From a virus (taxonomy: Duplodnaviria > Caudoviricetes), in the IMG/VR virus record IMGVR_UViG_3300023184_000124, positions 1-62,475 of that record: DNA of 62,475 nucleotides, one strand, 5' to 3'. Below the pieces are notes generated by a model. The model was not told the DNA's origin and made no database searches. It saw only the letters and a program-made list of their open reading frames with translations. Numbering within the stretch: position 1 is the stretch's first letter; the number at the start of each line of letters is the position of its first letter. The translations under genes were made by a program, and so were the position numbers. Shown here one piece after another: positions 35,694-49,000 of the stretch.

Positions 35694-38600
35694 ATGGAAG
35701 ACGCAGGCATACCACTAGGTGTCCCCAACTCAAGTAAAGTTACTGCCGGTAAAGCCAATGTAAGATTGGTGCCGGCTTACGGCGTTGTTAAAGACAATGT
35801 AGACCTTACTAGAGCAGGTAGAATTAGAGTTTACATTTCAGATATCAGTGGGTCAAATGCCGATGATGCAGATTCATGGACCACTTTAAATTTCATGTCT
35901 CCTTTTTATGGTAGAACAGAACCTACTGCACCAAGTCTTCCTTCAACAACTCTAGATAATTATGGTAGTTTTAAAGGTAATCCAAGTTCATATGGAATGT
36001 GGTTTAGTCCCCCTGACATAGGCACTACGGTTATGTGTATATTTCCTGATGGAGATATGACATATGGATATTGGATAGGGTGTTTGCCAGAACCAGAGGC
36101 ATTACACATGGTTCCCGCTATAGGAGCAGTTGAAGATATTGTTGCCTTAGCGGGTGAAGCCGCTAGTTATGGTGGGGCACTTAAACTTCCGGTTACTAAT
36201 TTAAATTTTAATAATAAAGCATTAAAAGACAGCAGTGGATTTTTACAAACACCAAAACCTGTGCATAGTTATGTGGCAAGTGTATTGTTTCAACAGGGAT
36301 TAATACGAGATAGTATAAGAGGAGTAATAGGTTCGTCATCACAACGAGAATCGCCTTCAAGATTGGGATGGGGAGTAAGCACTCCGGGTAGACCCATATA
36401 CGAAGGGGGATTTACTGATGAAACTATAGCCGATGCTGCTACTAATCCCAACCAACAAAGCGGATTAAAAGTAGTTGCCCGCAAGGGAGGTCATTCATTA
36501 GTAATGGACGACGGTAATTTAATAGGACAAGATCAATTAGTAAGATTACGCACTGCATTAGGTCATCAAATTTTAATGAGTGATGACGGTCAATGTTTAT
36601 TCATTATTCATTCTAACGGGCAATCTTGGATAGAATTAGGCAAAGAAGGCACTATTGATATGTATTCTACTAATTCTGTTAATATTAGAACACAGGGAGA
36701 TTTGAATTTACATGCTGATAATAATATTAATATTAACGCAAAAAAATCGTTGAATATTCAAGCAGATGAAATTAATATTAATTCAGAAAAAGATATTAAC
36801 TTGTTAACAGGCAATGATTTTAAAGCCTACACAATGGGTAAACACACTCATAAAATAGATGGTGAAATGAGTATGTCTTCAATCGGTGAGGCATCGTTTG
36901 CAAGTTTAGCAATGACATATATAAACGGGTCTAATATAAACTTAAACACTGGTCAAACTAAAACAGTTCCTCTTAAAGTTACTTCTATTACTCAAATCCC
37001 ACATACTGATACATTATTTGATAAGATAAAAGGATATATTGCAGCGCCAGGTAAACTTTTAAGTATAGTTAGTAGAGCTCCTGCACATCAACCATGGGTT
37101 AATGCAGGATTGGGAGTTGATGTAAAAGTTACCAACAATGCCGCGGCTGTGTTGCCCGTTGTGCCCGCAGAAGCCGTTGCTGCAATAAACCAAGAAGCAA
37201 ATACAGCCACTCCACCGGTACCCACTGTTGCTGTTGCATCAACTGTTCCTCCTGTAACAAAAGTAAGTGCAGCCGTAGATAAAAATACCACAGCAGCGAT
37301 GATTTCATCGGCAGCAACAACAGCAGCAACTGGATTAAAAGCGGCTGCTGTAAAACTTGGTACAAACTTGGTCGATGGTGTTGCTTCTATTGGTGCATTG
37401 GGATTAACTCCTACAGCACTAACAGCAGCTGGAAATTTTAAGCCAGGTGCTGATGCATTGATTAATGGATTAACGCAAGGCGGAGCAAATGCCGCAATGG
37501 CAATGACAAATAATTTGATGACCGGCAAACCCGGTGCAGAAACGCTAACTCAACTTACAAATAATATTTCTGCTCAAGTCTCGGCGCAGATATCTAATTT
37601 TCAACAGGCTCAAACCTCATTAACTAGTGCGGGATTACTAACAGGTAAAGAGGCTCCCGGCGCCATCGCTGGCGTAATTATGTCCGGGGCTACTGTGGGC
37701 AATAAAGAAACAATTGATGCTATAAAAACTGCTGCTGCTAGTGCCGGTGGGGCCTTAGAAAGTGCTGCTGCTAAATTAGGAGGTCTGGGTAATGATGTAA
37801 CTAATGCGATTAAATCTGGTAATTTTTCTGCACAATTAGCCGGCACGGTCACAGGTGGTACCGGATCAATTGCTGCTGCTGTAGGAAGTATGGGCATTGG
37901 CTTATCTAGTTTAGCAATTGCATCTAAAGGTGTTGCTGCTGAAGCGTTTGAAGCAATATCAAAATCACTTAAAGGGTTTACCCCCGGGATACCGCAAAAT
38001 CTATTAGATATAGCAAAAAAATCGGCTGAACTAGCACAAAAAATTGGCAAACCAAGTGGCAAGCCGGGCGAAACTGCAATGGCACAAGCAGCAGCCGGCC
38101 CAACACCAGTGTCAGCAACAGCAATATTAGCCGACGCATCAAAATTAATTGGTCCATTAGCAACCAGTACTGGTATTAATGCTACGATATCCAGCGGAAT
38201 AGCAGCATTACCCGGCGGCCTAAATTCAATTTCAACGGTTCTTGATAATGCTAAAGGTGCACTTAATACAATACCAGGTACACAGGGATTAACTAATTTA
38301 ATAAACACTGCAACAACTGCTTCTACAAACGGAATATCATTGTCTGCTTCTACCTTAGCAGAGCAAGCCAAATCATTAACTGGAGTTGCTAGTTCAATGG
38401 GGGTTGATTCTATTACCGGACGAATTCCAGCAATTGATGCTGCATTTGCATCTGGTGGAGTGTCGGGCGGGCTTACTGCGCTTACTGGACAAATATCACA
38501 AGCGGGATTTCCTACTAATCCAGCAGCAATTCCCGGATTACCTGCAATACCCGGAATGCCAGCGACACCCACCTTGCCCACGTATTTAGGATTTGACACA

Positions 38601-39125
38601 TCAAAAATAGGATTGGATAAATTAGCATCATTAACCTTAACAGGATTGCCGGCTGATGCCTCACAAAAATTAAACTCAGCAATAAGTGGATTAAGTGCTG
38701 GAGGAACAATCCCAATAAAATTACCAACTATCGCAATTAATACATTTGATAGAACAGATATTACATCAAGATTCTCATCGTTATTAGGTGATAAAACTAT
38801 TCCTATACCAAATTTTTCAATGAATATGACTGCTACTAATCTATCGTCAGAACAAATTAAAGAATATGATAAAGTTAAAGCTGAAATAGCCGAGTTAGAT
38901 GATAGTAGATTTGATGTTAATAAAGCAGCATTGAATGCTGAATATGAGTTATCTAATGCTAAAAATAATTTACCACAAGGTGATCCTAAAATAGCGTCAT
39001 TACAGTCAGTGGCAACTGAAGCAAGAGCAAAATTAATAGCACTAGATCAAAAAATAACTGCATTAAGAAATCAACAATATAAATCAACTACAGAAGCATT
39101 GTCCGCAACCCCTAACCCAGCATAA
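35694..39125 (+). CDS. gp5: Baseplate central spike (gp5-like OB-fold and beta-helix) with long C-terminal extension
   Basis: GVVKDNVD..RAGRIRV, W...PPDIGTTV, GHSLVMDD, GHQILMSD, beta-helix repeats and RAPAHQPW. Confidence 0.85.
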   Translation: MEDAGIPLGVPNSSKVTAGKANVRLVPAYGVVKDNVDLTRAGRIRVYISDISGSNADDADSWTTLNFMSPFYGRTEPTAPSLPSTTLDNYGSFKGNPSSYGMWFSPPDIGTTVMCIFPDGDMTYGYWIGCLPEPEALHMVPAIGAVEDIVALAGEAASYGGALKLPVTNLNFNNKALKDSSGFLQTPKPVHSYVASVLFQQGLIRDSIRGVIGSSSQRESPSRLGWGVSTPGRPIYEGGFTDETIADAATNPNQQSGLKVVARKGGHSLVMDDGNLIGQDQLVRLRTALGHQILMSDDGQCLFIIHSNGQSWIELGKEGTIDMYSTNSVNIRTQGDLNLHADNNININAKKSLNIQADEININSEKDINLLTGNDFKAYTMGKHTHKIDGEMSMSSIGEASFASLAMTYINGSNINLNTGQTKTVPLKVTSITQIPHTDTLFDKIKGYIAAPGKLLSIVSRAPAHQPWVNAGLGVDVKVTNNAAAVLPVVPAEAVAAINQEANTATPPVPTVAVASTVPPVTKVSAAVDKNTTAAMISSAATTAATGLKAAAVKLGTNLVDGVASIGALGLTPTALTAAGNFKPGADALINGLTQGGANAAMAMTNNLMTGKPGAETLTQLTNNISAQVSAQISNFQQAQTSLTSAGLLTGKEAPGAIAGVIMSGATVGNKETIDAIKTAAASAGGALESAAAKLGGLGNDVTNAIKSGNFSAQLAGTVTGGTGSIAAAVGSMGIGLSSLAIASKGVAAEAFEAISKSLKGFTPGIPQNLLDIAKKSAELAQKIGKPSGKPGETAMAQAAAGPTPVSATAILADASKLIGPLATSTGINATISSGIAALPGGLNSISTVLDNAKGALNTIPGTQGLTNLINTATTASTNGISLSASTLAEQAKSLTGVASSMGVDSITGRIPAIDAAFASGGVSGGLTALTGQISQAGFPTNPAAIPGLPAIPGMPATPTLPTYLGFDTSKIGLDKLASLTLTGLPADASQKLNSAISGLSAGGTIPIKLPTIAINTFDRTDITSRFSSLLGDKTIPIPNFSMNMTATNLSSEQIKEYDKVKAEIAELDDSRFDVNKAALNAEYELSNAKNNLPQGDPKIASLQSVATEARAKLIALDQKITALRNQQYKSTTEALSATPNPA

Positions 39126-39144
39126 ATATAATTAAAGGGATATC

Positions 39145-39594
39145 ATGCCATCATACATTGGATTCAGTACAATTAATATAGGAAAACCGCAAACTACTAA
39201 TTTACCTTCTGGTCCGCAGGGAGGGACCGGCAGTGTATTAAATTCAATCGTGTATGGTAAAAAATATCGTACAGTAGATGAACAATTAGTAATTCAAGAT
39301 TTTATTAATGCGATGAATATTCAGCAAGGACAAAAAGTAGGTAATCCAGGATACGGAACCACACTGTGGTCTTTTGTATTTGAGCCTAATACAGCAGATG
39401 TTCAAATTCAACTAGAACTTGAAATTAGAAGAGTTGCGTCATTAGATCCTAGGATGTTATTAAATAATGTAACAGCATTTCCACATGAACAAGGAATATT
39501 AATAGAAGTTGAATTAGCAATTGTCCCGTTCAATAATGCTCAAACATTAGGAATTTTTCTAAATAATAACAATAATACTGCTGCATTGCAATGA
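39145..39594 (+). CDS. gp25: Baseplate wedge subunit (gp25-like)
   Basis: QGQKVGNPGYGTTLWSFVFEP...DPR. Confidence 0.88.
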   Translation: MPSYIGFSTINIGKPQTTNLPSGPQGGTGSVLNSIVYGKKYRTVDEQLVIQDFINAMNIQQGQKVGNPGYGTTLWSFVFEPNTADVQIQLELEIRRVASLDPRMLLNNVTAFPHEQGILIEVELAIVPFNNAQTLGIFLNNNNNTAALQ

Positions 39595-39646
39595 TGCTTT
39601 AATACCGGTATTTTAGAGTATGATAAATACTTAAAAGAGAATATAT

Positions 39647-42600
39647 ATGGCAACCTCATCACGACAATCAGCTTTATTTGGAGTAAATGACTGGAAAGCC
39701 ATTTATCAAACCTTCAAGCAAGCTGACTTCAAAAGTTATGATTATGAAACGTTACGCAAAAGTTTTATTGATTACTTGCGGGCTTATTATCCGGAAACAT
39801 TTAATGACTATGTTGAAAGTTCAGAATTCATTGCCTTGCTTGACGTTATGGCTTTTATGGGTCAAGGACTTGCATTTCGTAATGATTTAAATACTCGTGA
39901 AAATTTTATAGATACTGCTGAACGTAGAGATTCAGTAATTAAATTAGCAAATTTAGTAAGTTATACTCCTAAACGAAATTTAGCAGGACAGGGATATTTA
40001 AAAATAACTAGCATCCAAACAACACAAAATATAGTAGACTTAAACGGATTAAATTTGGCTAATCTTGCTGTATTATGGAATGATCCTTCTAATTCTAATT
40101 GGTTAAATCAATATAATAGTATTATTAATGCAGCACTAATTAACGCCCAGCGGATTGGACGTCCTGGAAATACTGCATCAATATTAGGCATAAAAACAGA
40201 TGAATATGCCTTAAATATTCCGTCGGATAGTTTACCTATTGTGCCGTTTACTTCAACAGTTGATGGTATAAATATGAATTTTGAATTAGTAAGCGTTACT
40301 AGTGTTAATGAAGATTACATGTATGAATATCCTCCTGCGCCATCCGGAAAATTCAACATGCTATATCGCAATGATAAATTAGGATATGGTAGCCCTAACA
40401 CCGGATATTTCTTTTATTTCAAACAAGGCACTTTACAAAATTTTGATTTTAATTTAGAACAACAAATTTCTAATCAGGTCATAGATATAGGAACCATTGA
40501 AGGTGTTAATAATACTGACACCTGGTTATATCAACTTAGTACCGATAATATTACTAGTAGATTTTTATGGACAGAAGTTGAAAATGTATATGCCGATGCA
40601 TATTTGCAAACGGAATCTAGTCAACGACAGTTATTTTCTGTTGGATCTAGATTTAATGACCAAGTAAATTATGTGTTTGGTGATGGAGTATTTTCTAAAA
40701 TTCCTGTTGGACCGTTTAGAGCATATGTACGTGCAGGCAATGCATTAACATATACAATTGATTCTAGTGAAATGGCAGGGATAAACATTTCTTTTCCGTA
40801 TGTTAATCGTTCAGGTAAAATAGAAACGTTAACGTTTGGTTTACAATTAACTACTCCTGTATCTAATGCACAAGCAAGAGAGTCATTGGCAAATATTAAA
40901 CAACGTGCCCCGGCCCGCTACTATACACAAAATCGTATGGTTAATGGAGAAGATTATAATAATTTTCCGTATACATTATATAGCTCCATTATAAAAAGTA
41001 AAGCTATTAATAGAAGTTCAGTTGGAGTATCAAAAAATTTAGATTTATTAGATCCAACCGGAAAATATTCTAGTACTAATAGTTTTGCAAATGACGGCGC
41101 TTTATATTTAGACAGTTCTGATGGTAATTTAGTATTAACGGTAACATCATCTGGTACTATTATAAGATTTTTATCAGATACTTTATCAGCCGCATTGATT
41201 TCTAATCAAGCCCTGCAATATTATATTCAAAATTATCCAATGTATACAGTTGACACTGGACTCAGTTCCGGAGCAACATATTGGAAAACTAAAACAGTAG
41301 ATGCTAATAGTTTAACCGGGTATTTTTATAATACAACCGGAACAACAGAGATACCAATCCCAGTAGGAATTTATTCAACAACCCCAGTTAAATATATAAG
41401 TAAAGGGGCATTGATACTGTTTACTGCGCCGTCAGGATATTTTTATGATATTAATAATCGTTTGGTGTCAGGCGTGTCCGGTAGACCAACTACACTTTGG
41501 ACTACGGTTTTAACAGTAATAGGTGATGGATATAATTTTGGTACCGGTGGATTTTCTAATGGAACTGGTCCAATTATTTTAAATGGATATGTCCCTGCCG
41601 GATCTATTTTAACAACTATATTACCGGCCTTTGATAATTCATTATCTAATGTAATTATTCAAGAGGCTATCGTTCGAATGGAATTACAACAAAGTTTTTC
41701 TTTGGTGTTTGATAATTCATTAACAATTGATCAAGATAGATGGTCAATTAAACCGTATAATAGTTCTAATTACTTTGTAAACTTTTTAAGTTCAATTACT
41801 AATAATCGGTATACAATTTCTTATAAATCATTAAAATATTATTTTGGCAGTGTTGCTGATACTAGATTTACATTTGAAATTGATGAATTAGTATATGATC
41901 CTTTTTCTGGAAAAATATTACAAGATTTTGTAAACATACTGACTACTAATACTCAACCAAATTCAAGTTATCCTCTTCAAAATAATGTTGAAATTAGTAT
42001 TCTTGGACAAACAGTTCAATCAGATGGCTATATTGATGACTTTGAAGTTGAGGTTGCAAGTATAGATACCAATGATAGAACAATTATTACTAACCCTACA
42101 TTTTTTAATAGTGTGACAGGCTACACTGTGGGTAATGCTAATATTGGTGTATATGTATTTTTTGAATTAGTTGAAGATGCTATAAATTTATCAAGACAAC
42201 AAATTATTCCTACTACAACGGTAGTATATCAATATGCAATTAAATCACAAATTGAAGTGGTAAAATATGAATATGTTGAAGGACAAATATTTTATGCATA
42301 TACTGATAATTTATTTTATACTTCTGTGCAAGATGATACCATTTCAACACCTTATTATAATTTAATAGAACAGCCGCAATATTCTGTAAAACCCGGTAGA
42401 CAAGGACTAGCATTTCAATATAGACACAATAGTAACAACACAACTAGAATTGATCCAGCAACTACTAATATTATTGACCTGTATGTAGTTACACAATCAT
42501 ATTATACTGCATATCAAAACTGGATACAGGATTCTACTAATACAATAGTAAAACCGGCAGTACCTACAATTAATGAATTAGAATCAGATTACAGTAAAAT

Positions 42601-43021
42601 ACAAGATTATAAAATGCTAAGTGACAGTGTTATATTAAACAGTGTAGTATTTAAACCGTTGTTTGGGGCTAAAGCAGAACCCGCGTTAAGAGCAACTATT
42701 AAGGTTATTAAGACTAGCGGAATAAGTGCTAGTGACAGTGAAATTCGTAGTGCAGTGTTAACTACAATGAATAGTTATTTTAATATCAATAATTGGAATT
42801 TTGGAGATACCTTTTATTTCTCAGAATTGAGTGCATATATACATGCTGAAGTTGGATCATTGGTTAATTCAGTAGTATTAGTGCCAAATGACCCAACAAT
42901 GTCTTTTGGAGATTTATATGAGATAAAATGTAGACCATATGAAATTTTTGTTAACGCGGCGTCTTCATTAGATGTGATTGTTATTGCAGCGTTAACTCCA
43001 GCCGAATTACAAATAGCATAA
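39647..43021 (+). CDS. gp6: Baseplate wedge subunit (gp6-like)
   Basis: DYETLRKSFIDYLR, NDYVESS, ENFIDTA, FGDGVF and ES..NIK..AP..YYTQNRMVNGEDY. Confidence 0.9.
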   Translation: MATSSRQSALFGVNDWKAIYQTFKQADFKSYDYETLRKSFIDYLRAYYPETFNDYVESSEFIALLDVMAFMGQGLAFRNDLNTRENFIDTAERRDSVIKLANLVSYTPKRNLAGQGYLKITSIQTTQNIVDLNGLNLANLAVLWNDPSNSNWLNQYNSIINAALINAQRIGRPGNTASILGIKTDEYALNIPSDSLPIVPFTSTVDGINMNFELVSVTSVNEDYMYEYPPAPSGKFNMLYRNDKLGYGSPNTGYFFYFKQGTLQNFDFNLEQQISNQVIDIGTIEGVNNTDTWLYQLSTDNITSRFLWTEVENVYADAYLQTESSQRQLFSVGSRFNDQVNYVFGDGVFSKIPVGPFRAYVRAGNALTYTIDSSEMAGINISFPYVNRSGKIETLTFGLQLTTPVSNAQARESLANIKQRAPARYYTQNRMVNGEDYNNFPYTLYSSIIKSKAINRSSVGVSKNLDLLDPTGKYSSTNSFANDGALYLDSSDGNLVLTVTSSGTIIRFLSDTLSAALISNQALQYYIQNYPMYTVDTGLSSGATYWKTKTVDANSLTGYFYNTTGTTEIPIPVGIYSTTPVKYISKGALILFTAPSGYFYDINNRLVSGVSGRPTTLWTTVLTVIGDGYNFGTGGFSNGTGPIILNGYVPAGSILTTILPAFDNSLSNVIIQEAIVRMELQQSFSLVFDNSLTIDQDRWSIKPYNSSNYFVNFLSSITNNRYTISYKSLKYYFGSVADTRFTFEIDELVYDPFSGKILQDFVNILTTNTQPNSSYPLQNNVEISILGQTVQSDGYIDDFEVEVASIDTNDRTIITNPTFFNSVTGYTVGNANIGVYVFFELVEDAINLSRQQIIPTTTVVYQYAIKSQIEVVKYEYVEGQIFYAYTDNLFYTSVQDDTISTPYYNLIEQPQYSVKPGRQGLAFQYRHNSNNTTRIDPATTNIIDLYVVTQSYYTAYQNWIQDSTNTIVKPAVPTINELESDYSKIQDYKMLSDSVILNSVVFKPLFGAKAEPALRATIKVIKTSGISASDSEIRSAVLTTMNSYFNINNWNFGDTFYFSELSAYIHAEVGSLVNSVVLVPNDPTMSFGDLYEIKCRPYEIFVNAASSLDVIVIAALTPAELQIA

Positions 43022-43044
43022 GTACTATATAAAGATTTAAAAAA

Positions 43045-46000
43045 ATGGCCACAAGAATTAGAACACTAAATTTTCTTCCGGAAATATTTAAAACTCCTAC
43101 CAATTCTCAATTTTTAAAAGCCACGCTTGATCAAATAGTAGCGCAACCAAATACTAAAAAAATACAAGGGTATGTTGGTGGTGATTTTGGTCCTGGAATT
43201 AATCCAAATGATTATTATGTTGTTGAACCTACAAAAACTCGCACCGACTATCAATTAGACCCGGGTGTGGTTTTTACTAAAGCAAATGATGCCACTGCAA
43301 AAGATTTTATTAGTTACCCAGGCATTATTGATGCTCTTAAGGTAGAGGGCGGATTAACTAATAATAATAATAGATTATTTAATAGTGAGTTCTATTCATG
43401 GGATTCCTTTACTAATTTAGATAAAATAATTAATTTTAATCAATACTATTGGTTACCAAATGGACCTAATCCAGTATTAATATCAAATGCAACAGTTTAT
43501 GCTGCTGCCGAGTATACTGTAACTACTAGTAGTACAACTGCTGGGTATAGTATTTCTACAATTCAAGGACAACTTGGTACAACTAATCCATCACTAACTT
43601 TATTACGAGGAGGTACATATACTTTTGCAGTCAATCAAACTAGTAACTTTTGGATACAAGGTGCGCCCGGCGTTACTGGATATAGTCTTACTCAACCCAA
43701 TGTACAAACTAGAGATGTTTTGGGGGTAACTAATAATGGGGCTGAAACAGGATTAATTACATTTACTGTCCCTAATAAAAATGCACAAAATGAATATAAT
43801 TTTTTAGGTAATAATTTAGTTGATGTTGTTAGTACAATCCCGTTTGAACAAGTTAACGGAGCATTACTATCAGATTTGGTAGCAATAGACGGAATAACTT
43901 CGCTTGAAGGGTTAACGGTAATGTTTTATAATACCGGTATACCTGACGAAATTGGATATGTGTCTAACTTTTTTGATTATACAAATTTTGACCAAAATAC
44001 TAATTTAGTGGCTGCATTAACTATATCAGTAACCAATACAACCACCGGTACCAATTTAATAACATGTAATTCTACTGCAGGACTAACACTAAATGATACT
44101 ATAACATTTACTGGAAATATACCATTTGGTGGATTAATACAATATTCTGCAACGATCCCCAATACAATTTACTATATAAAAACAATTAATAGCTCAACAA
44201 CATTTACTATTTCGCAAACATTAGGCGGTGTGGTTTTTCCTTTAACAACGGCCACCGGAACGTTAATTGGTAATATTAATGAGGGGTTGCTAGAAGAAGG
44301 ATATTATACAACAGTCAATGATAATTTTTATACTATCACATATATTGGGTCATCAAGTGATCCAATTATTAGACTTATCCCTGCAGGACAAATACCCACT
44401 AATGAAAAAATAACTGCGGTATACGGAACTGAATGGATAACTAGAAATTTTTATAAAAATATATACGGATATATAAGTGTATATCCTTATCTAAGCGCAA
44501 TATTAGATAAATTATATTATCAAGACGGCACTTCACAAAATAAAGTGGGAGTAATTAACCTTATTGATAGTAATAACACTTACTCGTTAAATGTTGACGT
44601 TGACATATTAGGTAAACAAAATTTTACTTCTACCGGAGGTGTTGTATTTACCAATGGACTTAAAGTAATATTTCGCGGAGATGTATTTCCAAGTTCGTAT
44701 AGAACAGGACAATATTATGTAGAAGGCGTGGGCACTGCAATTGAATTATTAAAGGTGCAAGATTTAATATCTCCTGAAGCATTTACTTCAGGATCATATA
44801 TTCCATATGATAGTACTGCATATGATATTGGAAATTTTGATTCAGAATTGTATATTCCACTAACACCAGATTATATAACAATTGCTAGAAATTCTATTAA
44901 TAAAAATGCCTGGTCAAGAAGTAATAGATGGTTTCATATTGATGTAATCAATGCAACTGCTACTTATAATAATGACCCTGCGTCAATAACAATATCTGCC
45001 ACACAAGAATATAAGGCTAAACGTCCTATTATAGAATTTTATCCAAATATTAATTTATTTAATTCTGGCACTATAGGTAAGAGTCCTATAGATTTTATAG
45101 ATGATAGAACTACTGACGCTTTCTCATTGGTTGCGGGAAAAGAAAACTATTACCCAGATGTAACTAGTTATTCTACTTATAATACTACACTTAATGGAGT
45201 ATCTAGTGATTTGTCCGGTACCAGAACAGCAAGCAATACAACGGTTAACACTAACTTAATCACATTAAGTTTAGGCAATACTGTTGGATTTCAAATAAAT
45301 GATAAAGTTGTTTTTACTGGTTATCCAAATTTTGGTAATATTTTATCCGGTATAACTTATTATATTTCAACGTTAGTATCTACTCCGTCAGCCTTCATCG
45401 GTTTTATCTCAACGAATACACTTACTGTTAATTCTATTAGTGCAGGAAGTTTAAAACTAGGAACTTATATTTCTGGAGTTGGCATAACCGCAGGAACTTA
45501 TATTACGGCATTTGGATCAGGCTCCGGCGGTACAGGAACCTATACAATTAATAGTACGTTAGTAATTACAACGTCTGAGATGGTTGGAAATACGTATGAA
45601 TCATTTACTATATCTGAAGATCAAAACGGAGATACATTAATATTGTCTACCGCTAGCGGAACATTTGATGTTGTTGTAACTCCGTTGTCTACTACTGCAA
45701 CAGTGCTGACAACTGACATAACCGGCTCAATTGCAGTTGGGCAATATATTACAGATTCTACACAGTTATTGCCTAAAAATAGTATTATTACTGCTATTAG
45801 CGGGACAACTACGCTAACAATAACAATGACATGGAATCAACCAACAATATTTGCATCAACTACGGTTGCTTCAATTATAACAACAGATTTACAAGTAGAT
45901 AACTATGCGTTATTTCCCGGAGCAAGAGTTGTTTTTACAGCAGACACAAATGATAATATAAAAAATAAAATTTATGTATCACAATTTTCACTTGTAGCAG

Positions 46001-49000
46001 GATCAACTACTCCTGTTATAACGTTAACCGAAGCAGAAGATGGATTGGTACTGCCCGGTGAGCAAACCGTTGCCTTCAGAGGATATAACTATCAAGGTAT
46101 GGATTTTTACTTTGACGGAACTAGTTGGATAGAATGTCAACAAAAAATAACAGTAAATCAACCTCCATTATTTGATGTTTATGATAATAATGGAATAAGT
46201 TTTGGAAACACAGAGATATACTCAAGTAGTTCATTTGCAGGATCTAAATTATTTGCATACGGAATAGGTTACGGGATTGATGATATTATATTAAGTTTTC
46301 CACTTAGATATAGTTCAGTAGCCAATGTTGGTGATATAAGTTTTGATGTTTCATTAAATAAAGATACCTTTAATTATGTATCGGGAACTACTCCTATAAC
46401 TCAAAAAATTAATACAGGATATGTTGAAAATACCATTTCGTTTGGCTTAACTAAACGTAATTTAGGGTGGCAAACCGCAATTGCCCCTAGTATTCAATAT
46501 CAACAGTTTCAATTTAATTGGGCGCCGGTAGTAGGGACATTGCCAGTTTTTACGTGTGATATAGCAGTAGTTGATTCTGTTGAAGGTAACTGGCCTGTTA
46601 TTAAAGTGTATGTAGATAATATTTTTCAGGCTGCAGATTCTTACACATATACCACTACTACAACTTCTACTATTATAACTTTAAATTCAACTATTATACA
46701 AAGTATAGTAGAGATATTAATATTAAGTGACCAAGTAAGCACTACAGCATATTATAGTATTCCACTAAATTTAAATAATAATCCATTAAACCAAGATTTA
46801 ACAACGGTAAATGTAGGAGATATTCGTACTCAATATCGTAGCATATATCAAAACAATCCTAATATTATCGGGGAAGTTTTTGGGCCTAATAATTATAGAG
46901 ATTTAGGAAATCTAGTTCCGTACGGTAATGCAATCGTACAAAATAGTGCTGCATTAGTATTGCCTGGCGTGTTTTTAAGAAAACAAAATTATAATTTATT
47001 TAATTCGTTAATGTTTAACAGCAGAAGTTACATTACATTTAAAACTCAATTAATAGATACTGTTAATAATACTGCATTTAATGCCTTACCAGAGCCAGCA
47101 GCATTATTAGATAATGCGTTAGATATATTAACTGCTTCTAAAATAGATAGCGAGCCATTCTTTTGGAGCGACATGATTCCTTCCAAATCAGCATACATTA
47201 GTAATACATATTTATTTGCAAATTCATTAGATATTAGTGTATATCAATTAAGTAGGGTATATAATTTTAGTACAGCAAATTATAATGGTGTATTAGTATA
47301 TTTGACTAGAACTACCAATAACACAACAAAAATTACTCAATTAATTAAAGGAGTAGATTATTCTATAAGTGCAGATTCACCATATGTAACCGTTACCTTA
47401 GATTTAATAGCCAATGACATAATAACAATTAATGAATATAATCAAACTTACGGAAGTTATATACCAAACACCCCTACTAAGTTAGGATTATATCCAGCAA
47501 CTATTCCAGGCGTAATACTAGATAGTGCGTACCAAAATCCAACATATTTTATTGTTGGTCACGACGGGTCTTACAATAAATTATATGGTGCATATAATTC
47601 TACAACCAGTACATTAGTTGATTTTAGAGATCAGGTATTATTAGAATATGAAACTCGTGTATATAATAATTTAAAAGTAAGTGCAATTATTCCAATTAAA
47701 GAATATGAAGTATTACCGGGATTTTTTAGAGAAACTGATTATACCAATGATGATATATTACAAATATACTCTGAAACATTTTTAAATTGGGTAGGGCAAA
47801 ATAGAATTAATTATAAAAGACAAATTTATAATACCTATAATCAATCTACTTATAACTATTTTCAAAGTGGAAATAAGATAAACAAAGCTGTAATACAGCA
47901 AGGATATTGGAGAGGAATATTTCAATATTTTTATGACACAACCACGCCGGATAAAACGCCATGGGAAATGTTAGGATATACTAATCAACCTACGTGGTGG
48001 GCTACTAAATATGGTGCAGCACCATATACTAGTGATAACTTCGTATTGTGGAATGATTTAGCAGAAGGAATTGACTGGAATGACGGTAACCCTATTGTAA
48101 TTGCCGCAGCAGTAAGACCTGAATTATTACAAATATTACCGGTCAATAGTGCAGGTGAATTATTATCTGCATTTGATGCTATCGTGGGTAATTACAACAA
48201 TAATTTATTTCAACGTGATTGGAAAGTAGGTGATGATAGTCCAGCCGAACTTAGTTATCGTAGAAGTAGTTCATGGCCATTTGATTTGATGCGTATATTA
48301 GCATTAACTAAACCTGCAGAATTCTTTAATTTGGGAGTTGATTTAGACAATTACAAATTCAATACTGAATTTGGACAATATTTAGTAAATGATAGAAGTC
48401 ATTTGGTTGTAAGTAATATAGAAATATATGGATCAGGTACTGCTAAAACCAGTTATATTAATTGGATTGTAGATTATGCTAAACAAACAGGAGTAGATGC
48501 CACCCAAGATCTATTAGATGTATTAAGAGATTTGGATGTTAGGTTAGTATACCGATTAGCCGGGTTCAGTGATAAAGATTTATTAAAATTTTATGTAGAA
48601 AAGGGCACACCTAATAACACTAATGCTTCTTTATTAATACCTGATGAGAGTTATTCAGTATTGTTGTATGATAATCAACCGTTTGCTAAAGTAATATATA
48701 CCGGCGTTATTATTCAAATAACAACGAACGGATATGCAGTTTATGGTAATTCACAAACACAAGCGTTCTTTAAAACATTTAAACCAATTAATAATGGCAT
48801 TTATGATAATATAGAAGTAGAAACTCTTACTGTTAGGGTTGCTAGTAAATATTCTCCTGTTGAAATTATTATACCGTATGGTACTGAATTTTATACAGTT
48901 CAAGACGTAGCACAATTTTTAATAAGTTATAGCAAATATTTGGAAAGTGAAGGATTAGTTTTTGCTGAAATTGAAAATGGAATAGAAATAAACTGGAGAC

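Noticed and set aside
37088-38599. 146-aa and 329-aa minus-strand ORFs in gp5
   Set aside because: Antisense shadows of an Ala/Gly-rich coding region.
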